Shown: positions 14,861-30,185, numbered from the stretch's first letter. The stretch is 64,000 nt of DNA from Eledone cirrhosa (GCA_964016885.1 OZ024754.1:27156001-27220000), one strand, 5' to 3'. Numbers and translations: made by a program. Notes: generated by a model from the sequence alone, not told the origin.

Positions 14861-14995
14861 TATATATATATATATATATATACTCATTATTAAAATATTA
14901 TTACTGTATATTAATATTGGTCAACAAACAGCATTACCCCCATCCATTTAGATGGAATATCTGAATATCTCTTCAATGACTGTCCTCCAATCATT

Positions 14996-15106
<111 letters not shown>

Positions 15107-15111
15107 GCACG

Positions 15112-15161
<50 letters not shown>

Positions 15162-15162
15162 A

Positions 15163-15225
<63 letters not shown>

Positions 15226-16104
15226 TACAGACACATTCAAGATATCTCTTGTCTGTACCATATGTAGCATATCCGAACCCCTTTTTTGGTCATTCATCTC
15301 ATCTCTATTCTCGTATTGTCAGAAAAATTACATTTCCTAACAAAAAAAACAACAACAACAACAACAAAAACAACTCTAGCAAAATCAAAGACATTAATAA
15401 AATGTGATATTAACGCAAGCAGAAGTAATCGATCGATTGAGAGGTTATTTTTTTCCATTGATTTCCGACAAAATCTATAATTTCTTCTCTATCAATATAA
15501 TGTTTATAAAGCAAAAGAGATAAAGTGATTGCTGAAAAGAACATTTTCATTTACAAGGAATCGCTGAATGTATATATAAAAAGTCTTTGATTTATTCCGT
15601 CTCTCCAAATATAGAAATTATACGATAATATCCCGCAATAGTGCAGTTATTTTCTCAGTTTTATATTTCTCTCGCTCCCTTTGACCACCATGATGTGTTA
15701 AACCAAAGAACACTATATAATTGTTTTTGACATAAAGTATCTTTTCATATGCTACAGACAGATAATATTTGTTTCAACAGCTTATGTATATAGCTATGTA
15801 TGTATATAATTATGTACTATGTATGTGTGTTTATATGTATGTACGTATGTACGTATGCATGCATGTATATACGTATGTAAATGTGCATGCATGTATCTGT
15901 GTATGCATGTATGTGTGTATGCATATATGTATAAATGTATTAATATATGTATATTTGTGAGTGCGAATGAATTATGTGTGGGTGTAACTAGTTGCTTGTT
16001 TATTTGAATTCGGATGTGTGTCACTGTAAATGTTACATCTATCTAAGGATCTGCCGCACATAAGTGACTGAAACCAGTATAATCATATAAGAATACATAA
16101 ATAA

Positions 16105-16146
<42 letters not shown>

Positions 16147-16158
16147 GTACATACATAT

Positions 16159-16195
<37 letters not shown>

Positions 16196-16204
16196 CATAT
16201 ACAT

Positions 16205-16238
<34 letters not shown>

Positions 16239-16247
16239 TATACATAC

Positions 16248-16329
<82 letters not shown>

Positions 16330-16443
16330 GTTAAAATACTGGAGCGTGTTTGAATTAAACACCCTCTTCGTATTATAGAAATGACAGTAAAAGGTATAGC
16401 TCAATGTAGTTAAAGAGAGCCGAAAAAAAAAATATATATATAC

Positions 16444-16486
<43 letters not shown>

Positions 16487-16525
16487 TACATGCATATATA
16501 TATATATATATACATATATACATAC

Positions 16526-16568
<43 letters not shown>

Positions 16569-16593
16569 CATATATATATATATACATACATAC

Positions 16594-16624
<31 letters not shown>

Positions 16625-16641
16625 CATACATACATATATAT

Positions 16642-16674
<33 letters not shown>

Positions 16675-16677
16675 TAT

Positions 16678-16901
<224 letters not shown>

Positions 16902-16978
16902 CAAAGGAATTGTGGTAAGGAACCAGATGGACCATAACGCACCAAAGTACTCAATACTTAGGGTAGTAGAGTGGGAAA

Positions 16979-17081
16979 TAGGAAAATGTATGACCCCGAC
17001 GGCAGAGCTCAAGCTGTTTCGACGGCTATTTCTGGACTCGAAACGGCTTGAGCTCTGCTGTCGGGGTCATACTTTTTCCTA
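16979..17081. repeat. Short inverted repeat (~45 bp arms)
   Basis: TAGGAAAA..TATGACCCCGACGGCAGAGCTCAAGC..TTTCGA and its reverse complement; partial copies at 29335 and 34157. Confidence 0.8.
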
Positions 17082-17672
17082 TATATATATGTAGAGAGAG
17101 ACAGAGAGAAATTGGCTTTAATGTTTGTTTAAGTGGATTAAATGTTTAAAGATTGCTCACTTTTGAAAATAAATTTAAACGTGTTAAACGATTTCTTATA
17201 TACAAGACTATACAATTCGCCATTATATATTGTTGACGTCGACAGTAATTTCCGGTTTAACGCCGCTAGAGGTTATAACTTTGAACATATAATTATACAG
17301 AATATTAATTACTTAATGAATACCACACACACACACACAGACATGCACACACACTCACACACACACACTCACACGCAAAAAGACCCACATACCTATACAC
17401 ACACACTCACATACATGCACAAAGATATACACACACAAAAGCACAACGACACACATACGCACACACACACAGACACACCCACTTGTCCGTAGTTGAAAAA
17501 GAGAAAAAAAAACAACAAGAAAACAAACAAATATAATCTAGTAATCGATACATATTTCATTTCGACATCTGTTGTTCTACAGTGTCATTCCATGGTGGTT
17601 CCAATAACACAGACGCGTGCACACACACATACACATACATACATGTGTATGTATGTATGTGTATAACTATAC

Positions 17673-17774
<102 letters not shown>

Positions 17775-18110
17775 CTGTATAGATCAAGGAGACAACAAAC
17801 AGAGGTACAAAAAGCCTTATTAGTTTCACGCTTTATGTGGAAAAGAGGAAAGAAGGTTGGACGTGTCGGACTTAAGTCCTTCTTCAGGAGAACAAATTAG
17901 AGACAGGACCACAAAGGAGAAACAGAAGTAAAGGAGGTTCAACTAAAGAAAAGGTAGTGTGTAAGTCAGACAAACTGTTAGGTACTCTTGGTAACGAGTT
18001 GGAACGCAAAGTGGAGTGTGCGTGTATCACACATATTATGTGTGAGTAAAAGTGTATGTTTAAACGTGTGTGATATTTTAGGTAAATTGTGTAAATTATC
18101 AAAGATAGTG

Positions 18111-18155
<45 letters not shown>

Positions 18156-18158
18156 ATG

Positions 18159-18202
<44 letters not shown>

Positions 18203-18567
18203 TACTGAAGTTTCCGTTGAAAATTGAAAAAGTCATAGGAGTGAAGAGTGCTCTATGTAAGTACCAGAGCTAAATTTAATGTATAATAAACAATACAATA
18301 TAATTACCTCATTACCAGCTATCAACATTTTAGTGTAGGAAGTGTTAGAAGGTGTTGGGATATTCTTGATGCAGTAATCCAAATGATGTCTATCCATGTT
18401 CAGTATTGGTTAAAAATCCTTTTGACTGAAGAGTGCTCGACTTTAACAGGGCTGGAAGGTGCCAATCTCATAAAAATGTAGACTATGCTATGATCATTCT
18501 CTTGGGAGCTGTATAAGTATTGAAGTTTCCGTTGAAAATTGAAAAAGTCATTTAAAGTTTAAGCAAA

Positions 18568-18661
<94 letters not shown>

Positions 18662-18689
18662 GTATATATGTATCTATCATCATCAGCAG

Positions 18690-19165
18690 CAGCATCAACA
18701 ATACGATCAGAGTCGGAAATTCCTGATAACGACTCTGCACAATTCATTGTTCCTGGCAACAGCTCCCTACTTAGGTTTGTATCGTCTGATAGTTGATCGA
18801 TGAAGGTTCGAGCAGGTCTTCCTCTACTTGATGTTATGTTGGGAAAATTTCCGTATATATTTGCAACTGTAATATGTTGACACCAGTTTATGTTTTATAC
18901 AACCCTAATCATTTTAGTTTATGCACCATGTAGTTTCTTCTCCTGTGCTTGAGTCAGGGGCATCTACCCGATTTCACACTGACTCAGCAGATGTTCTGAA
19001 GATTGATATATTTCTTTTTCTGTGTACATCTGATTTACATATCCTTCCCAGTTTGTTAATTGCAGCCCAGACTTTGAAAATTCTAATGTCAATGTTCTCT
19101 TTTTGATGAAACCAGCCAGCCGCCCACATATAGAAAGTCATTAGCTTGTTGTAACTTATTCTAAT
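18690..19165 (-). pseudogene. RTE-clade LINE RT fragments
   Basis: Minus: NDFLYVGGWL..IDIRIFKVWAAINKLGRICKS..IFRTSAESV and [37 protein letters not shown]; (TGA/TGC)n-type tail. Confidence 0.8.
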
Positions 19166-19300
19166 CTATTTTTTCAACGGTTACTCACTTGCATATTCCA
19201 TTGTCCTACGTGCCCCCCTCCTTCGGTCTGTTTGCCTCGTTTTTTTCTCTTTCTTCCTCTCTCCTCACTACTTTTCCTTTTTTTCTTTTCTTTCCCTCCT

Positions 19301-19425
19301 GGCCTTTTGATCGATAAAAGGCCTTGGGCGCGCTGATGATCGCTTTTGATGTCCTGTATTGAGCGCCGAAACATCTATGATCTGCGGTTTACAGCTGATG
19401 AAGGATTTCTTCTCTTGTTTCGTCT
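19301..19425 (+). ncRNA. Candidate permuted/pseudoknotted hammerhead ribozyme, copy 1
   Basis: GATGT-C-CTGTA ... GAAA-CATC ... TACAG-CTGATGA; GUC site at 19353. Confidence 0.6.
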
Positions 19426-19536
19426 ATATTACCATCCTAAACTTTGTTTACAGTAACCACACAGCTCACTTCGTTTCTTGTCATTTAATATATATATATA
19501 TATATATAAAATTACAAGAAATATATATATATATAT

Positions 19537-19975
19537 ATTGTTATACTTGGGGAGGGTCATACTGTTGTAATAATATTGCCAGAAATAATAACAGAACACA
19601 CTCACTGTTTGGTTGGTTTTCACTTCTGTATTTTTTATATCTCCACAGTTAATTAATTTGGTCCTCAATGTTTATCATTGACTGACCAACGGTCAAAAAT
19701 ACAGATATAAACACATATATATAGTCTAACAAAGTTCTTTCGTTGCACATCTGCAACATCATCAGTGGTACTATTATGTTCCTCCTGTTGTATTGTATGT
19801 CTACGCCATTTTTATTTTATCTGTTTATTTATTTCTTTATTTTTATCTTCTTCTCTGCGCATGCGTTTGCATGTGTGTATAGCGTTTGATGTGTGTGTTC
19901 GTATTTGGGTGACTGTGTTTTGGTTATTATATTCTATCTTAGTTTATATGTGTTTGTTGTTATTGTGCTTGTGTA
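19537..19975 (-). mobile_element. PLE terminal-repeat fragment with HHR (19728-19769)
   Basis: Starts TTGTTATACTTGGGGAGGGTCAT like the 59.3 kb element; CTGATGA-TGTTGCA GATG TGCAAC-GAAA-GAACTT; opposite-orientation copy at 39124-39427. Confidence 0.75.
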
Positions 19976-19994
19976 TATATTTATTTATTTATTT

Positions 19995-20063
<69 letters not shown>

Positions 20064-21229
20064 GATGGATAGTATAATAGTATCTTTTAAGGTATTATAA
20101 AATATCCAATAATTACATTGTTATAGAAAGTTTTAATACTTTCCAAAATATATTATTTGTATACTAACACAGCCCAAATAGACATCTTTCAACGCAATTC
20201 AAAGCAATATTTAATAGTCTATGAAGCCAGCTATTACAAAGCTAGAATTAGTTATTCGTTTTATCTGCTCTCTATTAATTCACAATTGATCATGTTCTCC
20301 TTTTAAAAAAAAGAAATCAGTCCAACCATGTCACGATTTCTTTGTCGGTGAATGTTGAAAGTATTTACAATGGAAATGGATTAATATTTTGTCGAGCGAA
20401 AAATTGAGGGGAGGTGGAATAAAATGCATTAGACGTTACCCCTCTGCTATAAAAAGCAAACAAAAATGTTTTAAAAGTGGCTTCTGAAATCAGTATTTTT
20501 AAATTGATAAAATGATTATTAAAATAAAACAAAGTCAGTAAAATAGGCAGTAAACATTCGACGGAAATTTCGATTGAAATCGGTTCAATACAATTTTAAT
20601 ATTACACTTCATTGTGAATGAGATTCCAGAAACATTACATTCAACAAATCCAATTTATCTCAAAACAGAAAATAATTCTGGTTTCACAGTAACCACAATA
20701 ATAAAGAGATGTAATTTGGTTTCAGTCAAATTTTATTTCTGGTTCTTTCATTTTTAATGGTGATAATAATAAAGGTGGGTGGAGTCAGTAGCTGGTTTGT
20801 TCCATAAAATGACAGACTAAAGCCAAGTCAATGAAGAATACTGTGCTGAGTCACTCTACTTATTAAGTATAGCAGCTAAATCACAGCGTATTGTCTTAAT
20901 CCTTTTGTTACCAATCTGCCTGAAACCGCTCCCGGTTTTCTGATATAAGATTGTGCATAGTTATCTAAAATACTTTCATCATATTATGTAACATCATTTG
21001 TTACGGCAAGGAATTTTAATGAATTGAGATAGACAGTCTATATAACTTCCGGGGACGACATTTATGTTATATATACTCGTTGTTTTGTACCAGTATATAT
21101 AAAACAGTGACGTCAGAGGCTGGAATTAAAAATCGTAGTGCATAACTTCAATAGAGTATGTGGTGTGGTAAATAAATATATATTAGATCTGAACATAATG
21201 GAATCAAAGTCCCATTGTCACTGCCTCCG

Positions 21230-21520
21230 TCACTTTCGCTTTCCCTGTCTTTCACTATCAGGCCCACGCGCTGACCCCGGAAGACAGGATGGAGAAGGTA
21301 GTTTCCCGGATGATGGTGAGGAAGACGCGTTGGAAGAACTGGCGGGGAGTAGGGAGGTGGTCCTAGGGCCAAGGACACCAGAAATTTCCACTGCTACGAG
21401 CTCGACCGCAAATCTGTCGGAGAGGGACCGATATTTGAAGAGTTCACCCTCCTCGGCCCGAAGTGTAACCGAGACTGGGTTATTCGCAGTCTGGAGAAAG
21501 TGTCGCTGCATGTGGTATCC
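21230..21520 (+). other. GC-rich unique segment, possible exon
   Basis: Polypyrimidine tract plus CAG near 21260 followed by a stop-free frame (GPRADPGRQDGEGSFPDDGEEDALEEL...); no recognised domain. Confidence 0.3.
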
Positions 21521-22971
21521 CAGATTTTCTATTTTGTTCCTTTTAACAGTCTGTTTTGTTTTGTACAATTATTTTTTTTATATAATATCAATGGTTTTTT
21601 TCACGAGTTTGTATAATGAATATATTTCTTTTTCATTTCAATTATTTTATAATAAAACAGTTCTGACAATTAAAAAAAATAGAAGTAGATTTTCTATTGT
21701 GAAAAAGAAAATGAATTCATCATAAACAAGCTGACATATTTTCCTGGCAGAAATGTCATGTTCTTACTATACAATATGCATAACTGCTATAGAAAATATA
21801 ACACAATCTAGCCTAATGAGCAACGAGATGGTCTTGTTCGTCTTTGACAGATATTGTGTATATAAACTGGTAACGAACACCCTCGTAAGGGCTCGGTATG
21901 TATTTTAATCCTCAGCCGCTCACTCGGGTGTTCGACACCAGTCCTAGTTTCTCTGCCGTTTCTAATACGTTGATAATCGTCAAATATTATGATGAATCGA
22001 ACATACGTGTCATTGGGTCATACGAAAGAATAATCCAACATGAGGCAAATATATATATTATGTAGAGACTTTTGTGATTATAATCTGCATATATATATAC
22101 GCATATATTGGGACCAAAGGTCGATTAAAGGTGCTTATCATTTTTCAATTTACAGGGAAATTCGTATTTCCTGGTATGTTTACATGCATACGCTTTAGAT
22201 AGGTGTGTATTTATATACAAATTAGTGCAGTTTCGATTACCCAAATGGTATATATACAGATAAACGTTTATCGTGCACTTCGGTTGTTAGGGCCCTTCTC
22301 AATATATGTCTTAATTAATTAACACGAGCGTTATATATATGTCCATTTCAGAATAATATAAGCTCAACATATATATTTTTTTATGTGGGTGTTTGGATGG
22401 TGTGGACGACTTCTGGTGGGTCCGAAGGTCTATTAAAGGTGTTTAATTTTTCCAATTTACAGGGAAATTCGTATTTCCTGGTATGTTTGCACGTGTACAC
22501 ACTCACACATATATATATATATATATGAGAGTCAGAAATCGATATAGAGTTATATGTGGAAAGAGATACATAGATAGATATATGAATCATTCTACAGCCT
22601 GTTTAGTGAATTTCACACAGAATATTGCAGGTTCTGTTCATACAACACTGCAATAAGGATACACACACACACATACACAAATACCGACACACACACATAA
22701 TCTCTCTCACTCTCCCTCTCAAACACACACACTCCCACATATCCCCCCTCCCCACACACGCACAGGCACACAATTACACAGACATACATTGCAATGCACG
22801 AAGATAAACATTCTTAAGTATTTGATGACACTCGATCAAATCAAATTATGGACAGAACGGTTTTAATTGTATTCTTTCAGTAAAGAAATAAAATAATTCT
22901 GATAAGCATCTCACTCTCGATGTTTAGGTTGACGTCGGTATCGAGGTGTAGAGCTAGACAGAGTGTAATAC

Positions 22972-23190
22972 AATGATTTCTTATATAGGCACAAGGCCAG
23001 CAATTTTGGGGGAGGGTAAAGTCGATTAAATCAACCCCTGTGCATTACTGGTACTTTATTTTATCAACCCCGTAAGGATGAAAGGCAAAGTTAACCTCGG
23101 CGGGATTTGAACTCAGAATGGCGCAGGGCCGTAACTCTATGCGTCAAAGCATGGCGTCCGACCCTCTACCGATACTGCCAATCCACCGCC
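22972..23190 (-). mobile_element. Full-length SINE family A nested in a PLE terminal repeat
   Basis: A/B boxes present; GTGTAATA duplicated at 22963-22970 and 23191-23198; both flanks match the uninterrupted 55.3-55.5 kb sequence. Confidence 0.9.
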
Positions 23191-23245
23191 GTGTAATATA
23201 ATAATACAAGGACGAATGGTTACTCCTTCATTACGTTTATTGGTT

Positions 23246-23330
23246 GGTGACGCGCGTTTCGCTATTGATCAGCTCTAGATTCGATTTGTATCGATCTAAC
23301 CCAACTCTGTAATGAATGGCTCGTCGGACC
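23246..23330 (-). ncRNA. HHR variant with long stem II and CCGACGA core
   Basis: Minus: GGT-CCGACGA-GCC...(nested hairpins)...AGC-GAAA-CGCGCGT-C-ACC. Confidence 0.6.
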
Positions 23331-23699
23331 GCTGTGGTAGTAATGGCAGAATGAATATACATGGCGTAGGAAAAAGTCTAATGTTCACATGCTGGTCAGT
23401 AAAAGTTGTTTTGATTGGTGGGTTAATTACGAGGAATGTTTTCGCCTGTGGTGTAGGTGGGGTGGAGTGGGGGTGGCAGTGAGTTTAGTGATGAGTTGGT
23501 GGTGAGGGGCCGAGGTCGATGTGAGTGGCGGGTTATGGCGTTGTGACTGTCCTAGACATGTTGGCGTGTATGATGAGGCTGATGTTCTGTGTGGGGTGTG
23601 GATCTGGTGGTGGTGCGGTTTATGATACTGGATGAAAGATTGCGTTGTTTTACTACTGGGTAGGGTGTTGAGCTTGCTAAGGGTGATGGGGTAGTGCAT

Positions 23700-24064
23700 A
23701 TGAAAGATATATATACACATAGAAGAAAGTTATAAAACATTGTATACCATATCATAAAAGCTCATTCAACCACAGGCCGAAACGCTCCCACATCAGACTG
23801 GCGGATTTGATTTGGGACCTCAAGGATAAGAACCTGAGGTACCAGATAAAATGGTCAGCTAGGAGACGCATGCCCCGATTCCCCACCGGCGGAAACCACT
23901 GCAGGTTATGCCTGGCCGAGTCGGCCGAGATCATAAAATTGAAATCGGCCGTAAATTCGAGATCGGAAATTATAATAAACTGTAGACACACCAGGAAGAA
24001 AACTTTCTCCGCCCTGATATTGGGACACGTGTCACGGAGAAACCTTAACTTAAAGATAATATAG
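23700..24064 (+). pseudogene. PLE GIY-YIG endonuclease C-terminal fragment
   Basis: KIYIH.. / HKSSFNH..LADLIWDLKDKNLRYQIKWS..CRLCLAE..IIK..VNSRSEIIINCRH. Confidence 0.85.
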
Positions 24065-24829
24065 GAATAACTACTACCATTTTCTAACACCATTTCTCAT
24101 TTCATTACCACTGTTATCTTTGTCAAATTTTAATTTGTAACCCGTTTTAAGTTTTGATCCTGTAAATGGTATGTCGCATTCATTACCATACCGCCAAACA
24201 CAGCGCCATAAATCCACAACCATCAACCGCACCAACACATACCACATTCCAACGAGGCACACACATACCACCAACACCATGCACTTCACCACAACAGTTC
24301 ACATCACCCAATTTTGTATCAGTAATTTCACGGCCACTATTCAACATCACTTCTATCTTTTCTACCACCTCTTAAACCCACATGATATTTTCTACATGCA
24401 ACACATACACGTACACCTGTAAATGTCTCATGTATACACACGCGTGTGTACACGCATGTATGGTTATAGATTTATGTATGGTTGTGCATATAGGTGTGTG
24501 TAGCGTGAGTGAGTGTGTATGTATGTCCATACGTCCCTGAGCGCACCAATGTACGGCCTTATAATAGTCCGGGTTTCTGGACTGTGAGTCTCTCCATCTC
24601 GTCGGCGTGTACACATGCGGAGACCCAGGCGATTGTACGATGACTACATGGGCCGATGCGTCCGAAAATACATAAATATATATATATGTATATATATATA
24701 TACATAAATATACGTACATATATACATATATACATAAATATACATACATAAATGTACATACATATATACATAAATATACATACATAAATGTACATACATA
24801 TACATATATATATACATATACATGCATAT

Positions 24830-25190
24830 GAGGGCTGACCCCTCGTTATCGACTATGGCCATTGCACAATGCAACATTATTAATAATTATAAATTATAAA
24901 TTATTGCTATCGTGCAATGCCTGTCCGTGAAGAGTTTTTTTTTAAAGTGAGGAAAGACTGTGCACTGAGCCAATCCCACTCTCTGAGCCACAGTAGCTAT
25001 AACCCCAAAAGAAGAAAATTTCAACATCGTTGGTAACTACTGAGCCGCAAGTTTTATGTCGGAGTTATACCAGTTTCCTGAGATGCCTTCTCTTAGAAGA
25101 ATACCCTGATAAAGGCTAGGGGTCCTTCGCTCCCAGTGGTTTAACCACGCGATCAGGTATCCAGCCCGATTATTTCAAGGTCCCCGCGCA
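24830..25190 (+). mobile_element. Interspersed repeat family C (RTE 5'UTR-like or SINE-like)
   Basis: Near-identical to 26590-27200 (+) and 57160-57667 (-); contains a GCCTTCTCCTAGAAG..AAGGCTAGG motif. Confidence 0.75.
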
Positions 25191-25463
25191 TATATATATG
25201 TGGTGGCTGCCAACTCGTTTTCGAGTACGGCCACTAATTTATATCCATGTAGGAGAAACCCTACCGATGCGCTGAACAAGTGTGACTTTTTAGTCCAGCC
25301 AGCGACTTGAAAACTCTGGTACAAACACTTGTGACAATTATTGACACATAGTGCTGGGCCCATGGTACCATGTGATGACAAGTGCAGAGAGATTTCCACA
25401 TATAAAGCAATATACATATATATATACATATATATATACATATATATATACATGTATATATAC

Positions 25464-25562
<99 letters not shown>

Positions 25563-25738
25563 TAAAAAAATAATGAATAAAACAATGAAACAGTTCCTTA
25601 TATTAAACAAAAAAAGTTCATTATTTAACGATCGTTTCTAGGATATATATGTGTTAGAATTGGCATGCATATTCAACAGATCTATGTACAAAATTATACA
25701 AAATTATACAAACTATCAAAATTAAATATACATACCAA

Positions 25739-25800
<62 letters not shown>

Positions 25801-25919
25801 ATATATATACATATATATATATACATATATATAGTAATAATAATAAAATTGAAGACTAAAATCCAAAGAGGGCTCGATAAGGATAAATATATATCAAATA
25901 TATAAGAACCGTAGAGCAA

Positions 25920-26066
25920 ATATTTATTAAAATAACAGATTAAAGTTTAAGCAAAGAATCGCTGCTTTCACCCTTAACGGGATCTTCTGAAACTAACAGA
26001 AGATCCCGTTAAGGGTGAAAGCAGCGATTCTTTGCTTAAACTTTAATCTGTTATTTTAATAAATAT
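25920..26066. repeat. Perfect palindrome (70 bp arms, 7 nt loop)
   Basis: 25920-25989 is the reverse complement of 25997-26066; right arm reads CAGAAGA-TCCC..GGGT-GAAA (degenerate HHR-like). Confidence 0.9.
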
Positions 26067-26240
26067 ACATATATATATATAGTTATATATATACCTACAC
26101 ATATACCTACACACACACACACATATATATATACATATATATACATACATATTTATACATACATATATATATATACATACATATACATAAATATATACAT
26201 ACCTATATATATATATATATATACATACATATACCTACAC

Positions 26241-26303
<63 letters not shown>

Positions 26304-26405
26304 CATATACATATATACATATATATATGCATATATATATATATACATACATATATATACGTACATATATATATATACATACATATATATATACATAGAT
26401 GTATA

Positions 26406-26539
<134 letters not shown>

Positions 26540-26589
26540 TATACATATACATATATATATACACATACATATATATACATATATATATA

Positions 26590-27200
26590 TGGCTGGCCCC
26601 TTGTTATCGAGTATGGCCATTGCCCGATATACCATTATTAATAATTATTAATTAATTCTATCGTGCAATGCCTGTGCGTGAAGATATTTATTAAAGTGAG
26701 GAAAGACTGTACACTGAGCCAATCCCACTCTCTGAGCGACAGTATCTATAACCCGAAAAGAAGAAAAGATCAACATCATCGGTAAGTACTGAGCAGGTTT
26801 TATATCGGAGTTATCCCAGTTTCCTGAGTTGCCTTCTCCTAGAAGAATGCCCTGACAAAGGCTAGGGGTCTTTCACTCCCAGTGATTTAACCGCGCGATC
26901 GAGTGTCCAGCCCGACTATTTCTATGTTCCCGCGCATATACATACACATGCACCCATGTACATATACATATACATACATATGTACATGTGTATATACATA
27001 TTGACACCCTTTTAGATGGTCGTTGACTCTTATGAATTCTTTCGCCCTTTATCAGGTTTTGTTTTTTGTCCTGCAGGGTGTCCAAAATCAGCCTCCTCAC
27101 CAAGTAAACTTGGTGGGGTTGCCGGTTTAGGCGCCGACGACCCGACCATGCGACAGGTTGTACTGTGTTACATGTTACCAGTAGCACTCAAGAGTGACCC
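26590..27200 (+). mobile_element. Repeat family C, longer copy
   Basis: Homologous to 24830-25190 and 57160-57667. Confidence 0.8.
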
Positions 27201-27240
27201 GATATAATATATATATTATATATATATAATATATACATAC

Positions 27241-27273
<33 letters not shown>

Positions 27274-27430
27274 CATATATATACATACATATATATATAC
27301 ATATATATACATACATATGTATACATATGTATACATACATATATATATACATATATAAATATACATATATATATACATACATATGTATACATACATATAG
27401 ATACATATATAAATATACATATATATATAC

Positions 27431-27468
<38 letters not shown>

Positions 27469-27503
27469 ATAAAAATATAAACATATATATACATATATAT
27501 ATA

Positions 27504-27591
<88 letters not shown>

Positions 27592-27649
27592 GTATTAAGG
27601 ATACTATTTATGGTTATGTATATACTAAAACCTTTTATAGTTATATATA

Positions 27650-29900
27650 TTTTAAACCCTAAATAGTGAAAGACAGTAATTTATTACTACCTTAATACCA
27701 GTAAGATAAATAGCTCAATGTAATAACATCAGTTGTTCTACAGAGCAGTTATATAGAAATTACATGAATCAAATTTCTTTTCAAACCATTTATTAGCTTA
27801 CAATTGTTTCTTCCAAACCGAGGTTCGGAGTCTTCGGAGCAATTATTCAATGATTCCAACACAAGAGACATACAGAAACACATGTACATATCGATGCACA
27901 GTGGGTTGACATCCATTATAATATTTTAGCATGGCAATTTACATTCAAAGATTAAAGTCATATTAAAAGAAAATTAATACATACATGTATGTATAACTCA
28001 TATATCACTTGTACATAATTCATTGCACTAAGCATATAGGTTATATAGCTCCTATATGCTGAGTGCAATGAATTATGTACAAGTGATATATGAGTTATAC
28101 ATACATGTATGTCTTGATAGTCAGATTAGTGACATGGTAAGTGAGAATTGATCTCTGGTCTACCCTTGTGATATTTAACTTTGCCATGCAATCAGACATG
28201 CACTGACCCGGAGCTTACCAGGGGTTATATATAGAAGTGATTCTAATAAAACCCTGCCAGGTTCTGTGGGTAGACTACACTTACAAAGATCATTGATTCG
28301 GGGATCTGGCTCTTCATGTGGAATATTCAGTTGTGACACTCTATGATAGAGGGTAGTCATCCTAATATGAACACCTTTAGTACTTCTTGATAGACTAGAC
28401 TGTAATTTAAAGATAGGATACTTAAATTTAGATACTGTTTATAACCTTATATGATAGGGACTCATTTGGGACACCATTTAATGTACATTAGGATAATAAA
28501 TTTAGTTATAGAAATCAGCTAGTTACCTCCCTCACGCATTAACTCCCCTTAATCACACACACACTTACGGAAAATAAAACGATGTTAATTATCGCAGCAA
28601 AAACAACCTGCTCTATAAAATTGGATTAAATAACAACAAGCTGTAATAATCTAACCTAATTCATCAAGCATCCAATATTGAATCATCGTCGATTATGTGA
28701 AGGACATATAATCTATATATTACGTTTCCTGGATTGTGAAAATGGTGGTGTATACGAAAACCATAACATTATTTTGCTTCTCACTTTTAATATTTCTCTG
28801 CACACAAGCTTCTATATCATACATAAAAAATACTTTACCAATACAACCCCCATAATACTCCCCTCATTGCCCGCTTAAAGTGCTTTTATTCCACATAACA
28901 CCTTGCCGCACTATAATCTTATATAAATAAGACCCACGTGTAACTATTGCATACACTAACTACTTCAAACTATCCTCTTGCATTATCTTCGTAAACTGCC
29001 AATGTTGTATTTTAACTTTAATTTTGTTTTAATTTTCTTTTAATATGACTTTAATTTTTGAATGTAAATTGCCATGCTAAAATATTATAATGGATGTCAA
29101 CCCACTGTGCATCGATTTATACATGTGTTTCTGTATGTCTCTTGTGTTGGAAAGGAGGTCATGTATGTAAACAATCATTGAATAATTGTTCGGAAGACAC
29201 CAAACCTCGGTTTGGAAGAAACAATTGTAAGCTAATAAATGGTTTGAAAAGAACTTTGATTCATGTAATTTCTATATATATATATATAAATATACATATA
29301 TATACAGGGATATGTTTAACCCCGAACATGTTTAACCCCGACGGCAGAGCTCAACACATGCACATTTGAACATTACAGAAACAATTGTCACACTACATCC
29401 ACCATAAACTCATAATTTTAATACACAAACACCTTTGCCTGCTTGATATGCTTGTAAACCTATGTTATTTTATGTGATACCTTTGCCATGCAGTAATTAT
29501 ATATGCCTAGTACCATTGCTTGTTTCCTACCTAGCTGTCCCGTATATGCCTAACGCATGTACACTCTCTATACTACATTAATTATTATACTATTCCCTTG
29601 TAATCTTTATCACATCCATTCCACTCTGTAAATACGAAACTGTTGATGACAGCATTAATATCCATGTATCTATATGATTGTTCAGTTGAATAGGAAGTTA
29701 ATTATATGTCCAAATTTTACTAGTGCTCCGAGGATGTCAAACGAAAGTTTGGAAGAAACGATTGTCAGCAATAAAATGATTTGAACACAGTTTTGATTAT
29801 TGTGTAATTTATATTCCTGCTCTGTAAAACATCTGATGTATTTACATTGAGCTATTTTTCTTACTGGCAATAAGGTAGTAATAAATTACTGACCTTTCCT
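27650..29900. mobile_element. Rearranged PLE remnant: inverted repeats (~27750-27965 and 29040-29275), internal hairpin 27978-28112, HHR variants at 27796-27840 (-), 29188-29232 (+) and 29724-29770 (+)
   Basis: Reverse-complement arms; GAAA-CAATTGT-A and GAAA-CGATTGT-C stems III; weak PLE-linker-like peptide on the minus strand near 28.2-28.5 kb. Confidence 0.65.
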
Positions 29901-30005
29901 GTTTATAGTTGTATATAGCGTATATATAACTATAAATAATATTATTATTATTTATATATATATATATATTTACATGCAAACACACACACACACACACACA
30001 CGCGT

Positions 30006-30088
<83 letters not shown>

Positions 30089-30129
30089 CGAAACATAAGT
30101 AAATTGCATGAACTCATAATCCTTTATTT

Positions 30130-30185
30130 ACTGCTATATATATTTCGATGTTAGCCATTGAATGGCTATGACCTCATCAGGCAGT
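30130..30185 (-). ncRNA. Type I hammerhead ribozyme
   Basis: Minus: ACTGC-CTGATGA-GGTCA TAGCCAT TCA ATGGCTA ACATC-GAAA-TATATAT-A-GCAGT. Confidence 0.85.
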
